The translations under genes were made by a program, and so were the position numbers. DNA of 37,085 bases, from the NCBI GenBank assembly GCA_046758505.1, contig JBHIAH010000020.1, positions 1-37,085 on the forward strand, read 5' to 3'. The notes below the pieces were generated by a model. It had not been told where the DNA came from. It did not search any database and was given only the letters and a program-made list of their open reading frames with translations. Shown here piece by piece: positions 15,823-25,844 of the stretch. Source of the DNA: Candidatus Methylomirabilales bacterium. Lineage in GTDB: Bacteria; Methylomirabilota; Methylomirabilia; Methylomirabilales; CSP1-5. The stretch's first letter is position 1. Each line of letters starts with the position of its first letter.

Positions 15823-18480
15823 ATGGCGGCGAAGAAATACGTATACTTCTTTGGCAGGGGCCGGGCCGAGGGGTCGGCCAAAATGAAGAACCTCCTGGGG
15901 GGGAAGGGGTCGAACCTGGCCGAAATGACGAACCTGAAGATCCCCGTCCCCCCGGGCTTTACCATCACCACGGAGGCTTGTGTTGCATCGATGAAGCGGC
16001 AGGGGAAGTTTCCGCCCGGGATGTGGGCCCAGGTGGAAACGAACCTGAAGAAGCTCGAGCGGGTCATGGGACTCACGTTCGGCGACCGGAGGGCCCCGCT
16101 GCTCGTCTCCGTCCGCTCCGGGGCCCGCGTCTCCATGCCGGGCATGATGGATACCGTCCTCAACCTGGGGCTCAACGATCAGGCGGTGGAAGGGCTTGCG
16201 GGACGTGCGCGAAATGCCCGCTTTGCCTATGACAGCTACCGCCGCTTCATCCAGATGTTCAGCAATGTCGTGCTGGGGATCCCGATCAAGGAGTTTGAGG
16301 AAATCTTAGAGCAGCGGAAGCAGGAGCGGGGGGTCACGCAGGATACGGCTCTGACGACGGCGGATCTCCAAGAGGTCGTGCGGCGTTACAAGGCCCTGGT
16401 CCGAAGCCGGATCGGGCGGGAATTCCCCCAGGAGCCCCGGCAGCAGCTCCGCCTGGCCGTGGGGGCGGTCTTCGGCTCGTGGAAGAACCCGCGGGCCATC
16501 AAGTACCGGGAGATCCACGGGCTGCCGCATACCTGGGGCACAGCGGTCAACGTCCAGGCCATGGTCTTTGGCAACATGGGGGAGCGCTCCGGGACGGGGG
16601 TGGCCTTTACCCGCGATCCCGCCACCGGGGAAAGGCGCTTCTTTGGCGAGTTCTTGATGAACGCCCAGGGAGAGGACGTGGTGGCGGGGATCCGGACCCC
16701 CGAACCCGTGGCGAAGCTGAAACAGATCGCCCCCAAGGCGTACCGCGATCTGGATCGGATCTGCCGCAGGCTCGAGAAGCATTACCGGGACATGCAGGAT
16801 ATCGAGTTCACCATCCAAGAGGGGACGCTCTTTCTCCTCCAGACCCGGACGGGGAAGCGGACGCCGGGCGCCGCCGTCAAGATGGCGGTGGACATGCGGC
16901 GGGAAGGCCTGATTGACCAGAGGCGGGCGGTGCTCCGGGTGGACCCGCACCAGGTCGAAATCCTCCTTCATCCGATGCTCGATGCCAAGGCCAAGGTCGA
17001 GCGCGTGGCCCGCGGGCTCCCCGCCTCGCCGGGGGCTGCCGTCGGGCGGGTGGTGTTCACGGCGGAGGAGGCTGAGGCGTGGGCGGGTCGCGGAGAAAAG
17101 GTGATTCTGGTTCGGGCCGAGACGTCTGCCGAAGACGTCGGCGGGATGCATGCCGCCCAGGGGATCCTGACCGCCAGAGGGGGAATGACCTCACACGCCG
17201 CGGTGGTGGCCCGGGGGATGGGGAAGCCCTGCGTGGCGGGTTGTGGCGACATCAGTATTTCTGAGGCCGAAAAAAGCCTTACGGTCAAGGGCCGAACGGT
17301 GAGAGAAGGGGATTGGATCACCATCGACGGGACCACGGGCGATCTCATGCTGGGCCAACTTCCCCTGATCCAACCCGAGCTTTCGGGGGACTTTGCCCTT
17401 CTGGTTCGATGGGCGGATACGTATCGGAAGATCGGGGTCCGGACCAATGCCGATACCCCCACCGATGCCGCCGCCACAATGCGCTTCGAGGCCGAGGGGA
17501 TCGGGCTGTGCCGGACCGAGCACATGTTTTTCGTGGAGGACCGCATCATTGCCATGCGGGAGATGATCGTGGCCGAAGATCCGGAGGGGCGGCGGAAGGC
17601 CCTGGCCAGGCTCCTCCCGATGCAGCGGAGTGACTTCAAGGCCATCTTTGAGAAAATGAAGGGATTGCCGGTTATCATTCGCGTCTTTGATCCGCCGCTC
17701 CATGAATTTCTGCCCAGGACTCACCATGAACTCAAAGGGTTGGCCGAGGACCTGGGCATGCCCCTCGAGCGCCTCATGCGCAAGCTGGAACTTCTCCAGG
17801 AATCCAACCCGATGCTCGGCCACCGCGGGTGCCGGCTGGCGATCACCTATCCCGAGATCACGGAGATGCAAGCCCGGGCCATTTTCGAGGCCTCCTGCCA
17901 GATGGTGCGGGAGAGGAAGAAGGTTCACCCCGAGGTGATGGTTCCCCTGGTCGGTACCGTTGAGGAATTCCGCCACCAGCGGGCTATTGTTGACCGGGTG
18001 GCTGCCGAGGTCATGCGCGAGTTCGGCGTGAAGGTCACGTATCAGGTCGGGACGATGATCGAGATCCCGCGAGCCTGTCTGGTGGCGGATAAGATCGCCG
18101 CGGAGGCCGAGTTTTTTTCCTTTGGCACCAATGACCTGACGCAGACAACCTTCGGCTTTTCGCGGGACGACGCGGGCAAGTTCCTCCCACAGTATCTCGA
18201 GGAGGGGATTCTGGCGGAAGACCCCTTCGTTAGCATCGACGAGGAAGGGGTTGGACAGTTGATGGTCACCGCGGTGAAACGGGGGCGCTCCGCCCGGAAG
18301 AACCTAGAGGTCGGGATCTGCGGCGAGCACGCGGGCGATCCGAAGTCGGTCGAGTTCTGCCATCGCGCCGGCCTCGATTACGTGAGCTGCTCCCCGTATC
18401 GCGTCCCGGTGGCCAAGCTGGCGGCGGCGCACGCGGCCCTGAGAGAGAAAGTCCACATCACCGTTTTGGGAGAGAAATAA
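15823..18480 (+). CDS. ppdK: Pyruvate, phosphate dikinase
   Basis: LLGGKGSNLAEM, VSVRSGA..SMPGMMDT, GGMTSHAAVVARG, GIGLCRTEHMF, FSFGTNDLTQ. Confidence 0.98.
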   Translation: MAAKKYVYFFGRGRAEGSAKMKNLLGGKGSNLAEMTNLKIPVPPGFTITTEACVASMKRQGKFPPGMWAQVETNLKKLERVMGLTFGDRRAPLLVSVRSGARVSMPGMMDTVLNLGLNDQAVEGLAGRARNARFAYDSYRRFIQMFSNVVLGIPIKEFEEILEQRKQERGVTQDTALTTADLQEVVRRYKALVRSRIGREFPQEPRQQLRLAVGAVFGSWKNPRAIKYREIHGLPHTWGTAVNVQAMVFGNMGERSGTGVAFTRDPATGERRFFGEFLMNAQGEDVVAGIRTPEPVAKLKQIAPKAYRDLDRICRRLEKHYRDMQDIEFTIQEGTLFLLQTRTGKRTPGAAVKMAVDMRREGLIDQRRAVLRVDPHQVEILLHPMLDAKAKVERVARGLPASPGAAVGRVVFTAEEAEAWAGRGEKVILVRAETSAEDVGGMHAAQGILTARGGMTSHAAVVARGMGKPCVAGCGDISISEAEKSLTVKGRTVREGDWITIDGTTGDLMLGQLPLIQPELSGDFALLVRWADTYRKIGVRTNADTPTDAAATMRFEAEGIGLCRTEHMFFVEDRIIAMREMIVAEDPEGRRKALARLLPMQRSDFKAIFEKMKGLPVIIRVFDPPLHEFLPRTHHELKGLAEDLGMPLERLMRKLELLQESNPMLGHRGCRLAITYPEITEMQARAIFEASCQMVRERKKVHPEVMVPLVGTVEEFRHQRAIVDRVAAEVMREFGVKVTYQVGTMIEIPRACLVADKIAAEAEFFSFGTNDLTQTTFGFSRDDAGKFLPQYLEEGILAEDPFVSIDEEGVGQLMVTAVKRGRSARKNLEVGICGEHAGDPKSVEFCHRAGLDYVSCSPYRVPVAKLAAAHAALREKVHITVLGEK

Positions 18481-18498
18481 GGAGGAAGGAGGTCAAAC

Positions 18499-18795
18499 AT
18501 GGTCAAACGGTTATTCATGGTCATCATTGCGGTTAGCCTTCTTGTCGGGTCTGCGACGGTGGCGACGGCCACGCAGCACGATTTCGCGACCCGGGGGAGC
18601 CACGGCCATCCCTTTCGGATCATCGGGTTCGTCCTCTTCCCGGTGGGGCTGATTATGGATTACGCGTTCTTCCGGCCCGTGAGCTATCTCGCCTGTAAGG
18701 CGCCGGATCTCACCGGCTGCACCCCGCATGACCAGCGCGCCCTGGGGATGGGGGGCGGGCTGGACGAGGAGTTCCCGTCCGAGGAGACCGAATAG
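18499..18795 (+). CDS. Small exported/membrane hypothetical protein
   Basis: GGAGG RBS, signal peptide, HPFRI...L.PVG..MDY...RP motif, two Cys. Confidence 0.75.
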   Translation: MVKRLFMVIIAVSLLVGSATVATATQHDFATRGSHGHPFRIIGFVLFPVGLIMDYAFFRPVSYLACKAPDLTGCTPHDQRALGMGGGLDEEFPSEETE

Positions 18796-19034
18796 CGGGA
18801 CGGACGTCCGCCGCGTGGCCCGCCTGGATCCGGGTTTAGAAGGGCCGGTGGAGGAACCCAAGGCAGTTCGGTGACAGACGCATAGATGACCCTTGATGCA
18901 GGTGAGCGAGGCCGCTCTGCGTTCCTTCTCGAGCCATGCTTTGTTCCCTGTCATCGGTTCCGGCCGCGACGGTCTCGCGACTTCCATTCCCGTCCTTTCC
19001 TCTACCCGGTAATCGGCACCGCCTGCCATAGCCT

Positions 19035-19064
19035 TTGACAGCCAGTCCCCCTTTCTCGTACAAT
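19035..19064 (+). promoter_or_regulatory. Sigma70 promoter
   Basis: TTGACA, 18 nt spacer, TACAAT upstream of the J-domain gene. Confidence 0.55.
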
Positions 19065-19123
19065 TACGTGACGGGTGCGCCTCCTCCGGAGGAGGAGCGC
19101 GCCGTTCCTTTCGAGGGAGTTTC

Positions 19124-19546
19124 ATGGCAGCTCGCCTCACACAGATCTTGCTGATTGTCGGTGCCCTCTTGTATATCCTGAGTCCCGTGGACCTCGTCCC
19201 TGATCTCGTGCCGGGCCTGGGGTGGCTCGACGATCTCATCGTCCTGGGCCTTCTCCTCTGGTTTCTCTCCGGGATTTGGCGGCCCCCCCGGGGGGCCTTT
19301 CCGGGGGGGGGAGCGGAGCACGGGGGAGAGCAAGCGCAAGAGTCGCCTGATCCTCACACCCTTCTCGGGGTTGACAGGGGGGCCAGCCCGGAAGAGATCC
19401 GGACGGCCTATCGGCGGATGGTGGCCCAGTATCATCCCGATAAGGTCTCCCATCTGGGGAAGGAGTTCCAGGAGATGGCCCATCAGAAGCTCATTGCCAT
19501 CCAGCAGGCCTATGAGGAGCTGATGGGGCGGGCAAATGTGAGATAG
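19124..19546 (+). CDS. DUF1232 (YkvA-like) membrane domain fused to a DnaJ J-domain
   Basis: LLYILSPVDLVPD.VPGLGWLDD plus LLGV...AS.EEIR.AYR......HPDK..IQQAYE. Confidence 0.88.
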   Translation: MAARLTQILLIVGALLYILSPVDLVPDLVPGLGWLDDLIVLGLLLWFLSGIWRPPRGAFPGGGAEHGGEQAQESPDPHTLLGVDRGASPEEIRTAYRRMVAQYHPDKVSHLGKEFQEMAHQKLIAIQQAYEELMGRANVR

Positions 19547-19672
19547 GCGTGAGGCGTCAGGCGTAAGACGTGGAGGATGAGAAGTGAGACGTGAGGCGCA
19601 AGGCGTAAGGCGTAAGGCGTGAAGCGTGAGACGTGAGGGGTGGGCGTAGACCGTGAACTGTGAACCGTGAGC
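19545..19672. repeat. Heptamer tandem array (about 18 units)
   Basis: aggcgtg/aggcgta/agacgtg units followed by accgtga/actgtga units, starting at the J-domain gene stop. Confidence 0.88.
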
Positions 19673-19684
19673 GACTGCAAAAGC

Positions 19685-19713
19685 TTGACAGGTCGAGAGG
19701 GTGGGGGTAACAT
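19685..19713 (+). promoter_or_regulatory. Sigma70 promoter for thrC
   Basis: TTGACA, 17 nt spacer, TAACAT. Confidence 0.6.
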
Positions 19714-19752
19714 CCCCGCCCAAGTCGTCAGTCATCCGCGTGTGGACGGTCC

Positions 19753-21606
19753 ATGAGAAACCAGGCCAGAAAATCGGGTTCCCGCTTTTACGAACTGTAC
19801 TGCATCACCTGCGGCAGGCGGGTTCGCGAGGAAGAATCTACCACCCGCTGTCCGGCCTGTCGAAGTCCCCTGGATGTTCGGTACGATTACGATTACATCC
19901 GCTCCCGGCTCAACCGGTACTCCCTCCGGAACTCGCCGATCAAGGCGATGAAGTATCTCGATTTCTATCCCATTGAGAATCTGAGCTTCGTGGACTCCTT
20001 GGATGAAGGGGGAACTCCCCTGTACCGCTGCCGAAAGCTCGGAGAGGCCAGGGGCTATGCTCGCCTTCACATCAAAAACGAGGGGGCCAATCCGACCGGG
20101 GTGTTCAAGGACCGCGGGACCCTGGTGGAGCTTTCGAAGGCCAAGGAGCGCGGCGCCAAGGCGATCTGTGTGGCCTCCACGGGGAACATGGCCGCCTCGG
20201 TCGCCGCGTATGCTTCTATCGCCATGATGCCCTGCTACGTGCTAGTCCCCGAGGGCACCGCCATTGGGAAGATGGCCCAGGCGTTGAGCTATGGGGCGAG
20301 GCTGCTGCAGGTCCGGGGGACGTACAGTGACGCCTTCCGCCTCACCGAAGAGATGGGCGCCCGATATCACTTTTACCTGGCCGGGGACTACGCCTTCCGC
20401 GCCGAGGGGCAAAAGACGCAGGCCTTCGAAATCATCGAGCAGCTCGACTGGCAGGTCCCCGCGGCGGTGATCGTCCCGATGGGCTTTGGGACCAACATCG
20501 CCGCCATCTGGAAGGGGTTCAAGGAGTTTTACGGCATGGGGCTCATCGACCGCCTTCCCCGCCTCATCGGGGTCCAGCCGGAAGGCTGCTGTCCCATCGT
20601 GGCCGCCTTCAATCAGGGGCAAGAGAAGATCACCCCCGTGGAGCGGCCCAACACCATCTGCTCCGCGGTGGCGGCGGGGAACCCCCTGGATGGGGTGAAG
20701 GCCTTGCGCGCCATCCGGGAGTCAGGGGGATGTGCGCTGACGGCCAGCGACGGCGAGATCCTGGAGGCCCAGCAGCGTCTGGCCCGACTCGAATCGATCT
20801 TTGTCGAGCCTGCGGGGGCCATCCCCATCGCTGCCCTGCAGCCCCTCCTGACGAGCGCTCGGGTCCGTGCCGACGAGGTGGTGGTCTGTCTCGTCACCGG
20901 CAACGGCCTCAAGGATCCCCGCTCGGCCCTCCGCGTCCTCCCGTCGCCCGCGGCCATCGAGCCGTCCATCCAGGAGGTGGACAAGTTCCTCAAGCTCAAG
21001 CTGTACGAGATTCGGGCCGCCGGGGCGAAGAACGGCGACCGAAATCTTTTCACCGAGGTCCCCTCGAAGGGGGCGGTCGCCGAGCTGGTGAACAAGGAGT
21101 TCGGTGTCCGCCTCACCCCGGAGTATGCCCAGCGGGTCCTCGGCCTGGTAGAGGACTTCTTCAATAAGGGGAAGGCGGTCACCAAGGCGGACCTCCAATA
21201 CATTCTGGAGACGACCCTCAAGCGCGCCTCGGGAGAAGGGGTGCTGAAGGTGGAGGATTTTCAGGTTACGACCACCCTGCACGGTCATGCCGAGGCCAAA
21301 GTCTGGGTCCGGTTCGATGGGGAACGGCTGGAGTCGAGCGCGAAGGGGGTCGGGCCGGTCGATGCCGTGATCAACGCACTCAAAGAGGCAGCCAGCAGTC
21401 GGGGGCGGCTCTTTTTCGAGCTGATCGATTACCGGGTGGAGATCAACTCCCCCGGGACCAATGCCTCGGTCGAGACCACGCTGGTCCTGAAGGATGCCCA
21501 GGAGAACCGGATCGTCGCCACCAGGACCTCTCCCGACATCATCGTGGCCTCGGTCCAGGCGTTCGTGGATGGGTATAATCTCCTCTGGGCCCGCCAGCAA
21601 ACCTAA
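19753..21606 (+). CDS. thrC: Threonine synthase with C-terminal LeuA/CimA-type regulatory domain
   Basis: N-terminal CxxC..CxxC; KNEG.NPTG.FKDRG (PLP lysine), ASTGN, EGQKT, VTGNGLKD; C-terminal GVGPVDA..LIDYRV..DIIVAS. Confidence 0.9.
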   Translation: MRNQARKSGSRFYELYCITCGRRVREEESTTRCPACRSPLDVRYDYDYIRSRLNRYSLRNSPIKAMKYLDFYPIENLSFVDSLDEGGTPLYRCRKLGEARGYARLHIKNEGANPTGVFKDRGTLVELSKAKERGAKAICVASTGNMAASVAAYASIAMMPCYVLVPEGTAIGKMAQALSYGARLLQVRGTYSDAFRLTEEMGARYHFYLAGDYAFRAEGQKTQAFEIIEQLDWQVPAAVIVPMGFGTNIAAIWKGFKEFYGMGLIDRLPRLIGVQPEGCCPIVAAFNQGQEKITPVERPNTICSAVAAGNPLDGVKALRAIRESGGCALTASDGEILEAQQRLARLESIFVEPAGAIPIAALQPLLTSARVRADEVVVCLVTGNGLKDPRSALRVLPSPAAIEPSIQEVDKFLKLKLYEIRAAGAKNGDRNLFTEVPSKGAVAELVNKEFGVRLTPEYAQRVLGLVEDFFNKGKAVTKADLQYILETTLKRASGEGVLKVEDFQVTTTLHGHAEAKVWVRFDGERLESSAKGVGPVDAVINALKEAASSRGRLFFELIDYRVEINSPGTNASVETTLVLKDAQENRIVATRTSPDIIVASVQAFVDGYNLLWARQQT

Positions 21607-21678
21607 ACGAGATAATCGAGCAGTTGGACAATGGACCAACGGGGCAGGACCGACCGCTGAGGCGATTCGACGGCCGCG

Positions 21679-24600
21679 TCAAGCCGTCCCTCCTTCAGAG
21701 GGTGCAAAGCCGCGGCGAAGGGTGTTTTCCGTAATGGTCCTGGGCTCCATGAACTGGAGCAGGTAATCTGGCCCCCCGGCCTTCGAGCCGACCCCTGACA
21801 TCTTGAGCCCGCCGAAGGGCTGACGACCCACAATCGCCCCTGTGATCTTTCGATTGATGTAGAGGTTCCCGACCCGAAAGGCCGCCTTGGCCCGCTCGAC
21901 GTGGGCGGGGCTTCGGGAGTACAGTCCGCCAGTCAAGGCGTACTCGGTCGCGTTGGCGATGGCGAGGGCCGCTTCAAAATCCGTGGCCCGGATGACCGCC
22001 AGCACGGGGCCGAAGATCTCTTCCTGCGCGATGGCAGCCTCGGGAGGGACGTCGGCAAAGACCGTCGGCCCCACGTAGGAGCCGCTCGTGAGGCGGGAGA
22101 CGTCTGTCTCCACGATGACTCGTGCCTCGGCCCGGCCCTGTTCGATGTACCGGAGGACTTTCCGGTACGCCTCCTCATCGATCAACGGGCCGATGACGGT
22201 ACCGGGGTCGTCCGCGGGACCGACTGTGAGGCTTGCCGCCGCTTCGGCGAGGCGCTCGAGGAAGGCCTCGTAGGCTGATCCCACCACGATGGCCCGCGAG
22301 CAGGCGGAGCACTTCTGGCCGGCATAGCCGAAGGCCGAGGACACGACCCCTCGGATCGTTTCGTCGAGATCGGCGTCCTCGTCGACAATGATGGCGTTCT
22401 TTCCTCCCATTTCGGCGACGACCCCTTTCAAACCCCGTTGCCCCTCTCTGACCTTGGCGGCCAATTCGTAGATTCGGAGGCCCACCTCCCTCGACCCTGT
22501 AAACGCGACCAGGTCGACGGAGGGGCTCGTAACCAAGTATTCCCCCACCTCTTCACCGAGACCCGGGAGATAATTCGCCACTCCCGCAGGGAACCCGGCT
22601 TCTCGGAGGATCTCCATGAGATGCCACGCCATGAGGGGGGACTGTTCCGCCGGTTTCATGATGGCCGCATTGCCGGTGACGAGGGCGGCAGAGGTCATGC
22701 CGGTGAGGATCGCCAGCGGGAAGTTCCAGGGGGCAATGATCACGGCCACTCCCCGGGGTTGGTACAGGTATTCGTTCACCTCTCCGGGGACATCCCCCAA
22801 CCGCCTCGCCTCCCCGAGTCGCACCATCTCGCGCCCGTAGTATTCCAGGTAGTCGATCGCCTCGGCCACGTCTGCGTCCGCCTCCCGCCACGGCTTCCCC
22901 ACTTCGAACACTTCCCACGCCGCCAGCTCGACCCGTTTCCTCCGCATGAGTGTCGCGGCGCGAAAGAGATGCTCGGCTCGCTCTCGGGGGGACGTGGATG
23001 CCCACCCGGGAAACGCTCGCCGTGCGGCGTCGAGGGCCTGCTCGGCAGCACTGAGATCGGCAAGGCTCGCCCGGCCGACGGTTTCCTCGGAGCACGAAGG
23101 GTTGATCGAGGGCAATTCGCGGGTCGTCTGGACCTCATCGCCTCCAATGACCAAGGGGTAGGAGCCGCCAAATCGGCTGCGGACGAGAACCAGGGCCGCC
23201 TGCATTCTTTTGCGGGGCTCCTCCTCGGAAAAGTCGAGCGCTGGCTCGTGGCGAAACGGCGGGGGCTGCGCGGGAGACCCGACCCGGGGGGTCCGGGCTC
23301 GGTCCCTGTCGGCGGAGACCGGCCCGGGCGGCTTCAGGAGTTCCTCCGGGGGTCGGTGCTCGGAAAAGCTGAGCCTGAGGAAGGATTCGTTGGAGGTGTT
23401 CTCCAGGAGCCGCCGGATGAGATACCCCATCCCTGGGATCAGCTCTCCGAAGGGGGTGTAGACCCGAACCCGCTGGCCGAGCTGCACCAGAGCGTCCTTG
23501 ACCGGATCCCCCATGCCGTAGAGCATTTGAAACTCCAGGGCCTTCTCGGGGACACCGAGATGCCGCGCACAGGCCAACGCGTGGGCGATGGAGCGGATGT
23601 TGTGGCTCCCGATCGCGGGGCGGAGCAGGTCGTAATGCTGAAGCATCACGAGGGTGAGTCTCTCGAAGTTCATATCGGTTTCCCATTTTTCGGTAAAGAC
23701 CGGGACCGACCATCCCTGCTGGCGGGCGATGACCCCCTCGTAGTCCCAGTACGCCCCTTTCACCAGCCGGAGTCGGATGCGGGCGCGGCGCCGGCTGGCC
23801 CACGAGAGAAGGTCGTGCAGGTCCCGTTCCGCATCCTTCAGATACGCCTGCAGGACGATGCCGACGTCCTCGAGGTTTCGAAGCTCCTCCTCTTCCAACA
23901 GTTCTTTGAAGATGTGGAGGGTGAGGTTCTTGAACTCGTGTTGTTCCATGTCGACGGTGATGAACGCTCCCAACTCTCGCGCCCTGCGAAGGATGGATCG
24001 CAGGCAGGATTTGACGACCCTGGTGCTCCCCTCCTGATCGAGGGGATTGAACTGGGAATAGAGCGAGCTGAGCTTGAGCGAGACATTGACACGAGGCAAG
24101 GGGCTCCGGTGATCCCGATCCAGCAGGTCGATGGAGCTCCATGACGCGCCGTGCGGGGCTAAGGTGTCCAGAAGACGGAGGATCCGTCGGGAGTACGCCT
24201 CTGCCTCCTTCTCGCTCACTGTGGCCTCACCGAGGATATCGAGGGTGAAGGCCATGCGCCGCTGCCGGAGTCTCTCGACGGCCTCGACGGCCTCCTCGAT
24301 GGTCGCCCCCGCGATGAAGCGCCGGGCCAGGCGCAGGGCGGTCCGCCGAACCGCAAAGGCCAGTGCCCGGATCCCCAGGGGCTGGCGCGAGGCGACTCGG
24401 AGAATCCTGCGGACCGCGGCCGGCAGAGCCGTCTCAATGGGGGTAAGATACTCCAGCAGATGGTGGACCACCTGCTCGCTGGTTGTAAGAGTGGGCAGGA
24501 CGTCGACGAATCGGAACAGTCCCACCTTCAAGGGCTCATCACGCATGCACCACTCCAGGATGCGCGCGTTCCATCCGTCTTGGGAAAGGATCGACGGGGA

Positions 24601-24687
24601 TGCGATCTGCATATGGGCGAAGATCTGGCGGCCGACTTCCTGTGTGTCCTGCTCAACCTGATTCAAGACGTGCTGGGAGATTTCCAT
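21679..24687 (-). CDS. putA: Bifunctional proline dehydrogenase / P5C dehydrogenase
   Basis: LFRFVD, DILGE, DME, RLVKGAYWDYE, YLIRRLLEN, then ALDH motifs PWNFP, FTGS, EMGGKN, GQKCSACS, EEIFGP. Confidence 0.96.
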   Translation of the reverse strand: MEISQHVLNQVEQDTQEVGRQIFAHMQIASPSILSQDGWNARILEWCMRDEPLKVGLFRFVDVLPTLTTSEQVVHHLLEYLTPIETALPAAVRRILRVASRQPLGIRALAFAVRRTALRLARRFIAGATIEEAVEAVERLRQRRMAFTLDILGEATVSEKEAEAYSRRILRLLDTLAPHGASWSSIDLLDRDHRSPLPRVNVSLKLSSLYSQFNPLDQEGSTRVVKSCLRSILRRARELGAFITVDMEQHEFKNLTLHIFKELLEEEELRNLEDVGIVLQAYLKDAERDLHDLLSWASRRRARIRLRLVKGAYWDYEGVIARQQGWSVPVFTEKWETDMNFERLTLVMLQHYDLLRPAIGSHNIRSIAHALACARHLGVPEKALEFQMLYGMGDPVKDALVQLGQRVRVYTPFGELIPGMGYLIRRLLENTSNESFLRLSFSEHRPPEELLKPPGPVSADRDRARTPRVGSPAQPPPFRHEPALDFSEEEPRKRMQAALVLVRSRFGGSYPLVIGGDEVQTTRELPSINPSCSEETVGRASLADLSAAEQALDAARRAFPGWASTSPRERAEHLFRAATLMRRKRVELAAWEVFEVGKPWREADADVAEAIDYLEYYGREMVRLGEARRLGDVPGEVNEYLYQPRGVAVIIAPWNFPLAILTGMTSAALVTGNAAIMKPAEQSPLMAWHLMEILREAGFPAGVANYLPGLGEEVGEYLVTSPSVDLVAFTGSREVGLRIYELAAKVREGQRGLKGVVAEMGGKNAIIVDEDADLDETIRGVVSSAFGYAGQKCSACSRAIVVGSAYEAFLERLAEAAASLTVGPADDPGTVIGPLIDEEAYRKVLRYIEQGRAEARVIVETDVSRLTSGSYVGPTVFADVPPEAAIAQEEIFGPVLAVIRATDFEAALAIANATEYALTGGLYSRSPAHVERAKAAFRVGNLYINRKITGAIVGRQPFGGLKMSGVGSKAGGPDYLLQFMEPRTITENTLRRGFAPSEGGTA

Positions 24688-24898
24688 GGGGTGCTCCCCG
24701 AAGCGTGCTGCCCCTCGCTCAATTATAGGCGGAGACCCACCCAGTTCCAAGGGGAGCGCGTGACGCTCCCGAGGCGCGCGCGGGTCCGGTCTCCTTTTCC
24801 CCGCGATCGTCTCTATGTTAGATTACCAGAGGACGGGCACGGATGAGTCTTTTCCGGGTTTGCCCACCCGGGATCATCGGGATGGGAAGGAGCACGGC

Positions 24899-25810
24899 GT
24901 GAAGGTTGCGGTGATGGGGGCCGGGGCCGTGGGGGGGTACTTCGGGGCGCTCCTCCACCGCGGAGGATTGGAGGTGACCTTGATCGCCCGCGGTCGGCAT
25001 CTCGAGGCGATTCAGGCACGCGGGCTTCACATCAAAAGCATTCAGGGGGACTTTACCGCCCCGGTCAAGGCGGTCGGTGATCCGAGGGCGATCGGCCCGG
25101 TGGAGCTGATCCTCTTCTGTGTGAAATCGTTTGATACGGAATCGGCCGCTCGGCAGTGTCTTCCGATCGTCCAGGAAGGCACCACCATCCTGTCGCTCCA
25201 GAACGGGGTGGATAATGAAGAGAAGATCGGCGGGGTCGTCGGGAAAGAGAAGGTTCTCGGTGGAGTCGCCTACATTGTGGCTGCGGTCCCCGCGCCAGGC
25301 GTGATCATGCATTCCGGTGAGGGTCGGATCGTGTTTGGCGAGGTGTACGGGGGAATCAGCGAACGGGTCAGACGCCTAGATCAGACCTTCCGCGACGCGG
25401 GACTCCCCGCAGAGGTCTCCGCCAACATTCAGGCGGTGTTGTGGGAGAAGCTCTGCTGGAATGCCCCCTTCAATGCGATCAACGTGTTGGTCGGGGGCGA
25501 GGTCCGGGCCTTGGTCGAACGTCCGGAGGTCAACGCGCTGGCACGAGAGGTGATGGAGGAGGTCCGCAGGGTGGCGGCCGCCGAGGGGATTCGCCTGCCG
25601 GAAGGGATGGTGGACAAACTGCTCCGCTGGACTGCGACAGCCGCCGCCGGAATGAAGACCTCCACGCGACAGGACCTTGAGGCCGGCAAGCCGCTCGAGG
25701 TCGACGCCTTGAATGGGGTGGTGGTCCGCAAGGGACGGGCGGCGGCCGTCCCCACCCCGTTGAACTTTGCGCTCTACGCCCTCCTCAAGGCCGTCGACCC
25801 AGGCCCCTGA
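24899..25810 (+). CDS. panE: Ketopantoate reductase
   Basis: GTG start after AGGAG; GAGAVGG, VKS, QNG, WEKL..N and S..QDL..G...E.D..NG motifs. Confidence 0.9.
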   Translation: MKVAVMGAGAVGGYFGALLHRGGLEVTLIARGRHLEAIQARGLHIKSIQGDFTAPVKAVGDPRAIGPVELILFCVKSFDTESAARQCLPIVQEGTTILSLQNGVDNEEKIGGVVGKEKVLGGVAYIVAAVPAPGVIMHSGEGRIVFGEVYGGISERVRRLDQTFRDAGLPAEVSANIQAVLWEKLCWNAPFNAINVLVGGEVRALVERPEVNALAREVMEEVRRVAAAEGIRLPEGMVDKLLRWTATAAAGMKTSTRQDLEAGKPLEVDALNGVVVRKGRAAAVPTPLNFALYALLKAVDPGP

Positions 25811-25844
25811 CTCCTTCCAATGTGTGTGCACCATGTGTCCCGCC

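Noticed and set aside
19545..19672. CRISPR array
   Set aside because: Contiguous 7-mers with no unique spacers; no cas genes. The same applies to the other arrays and to the 20-bp duplication at 1716-1755.
21607..21645. Additional heptamer array after thrC
   Set aside because: Only two or three degenerate units (tggacaa-tggacca); too weak to call.
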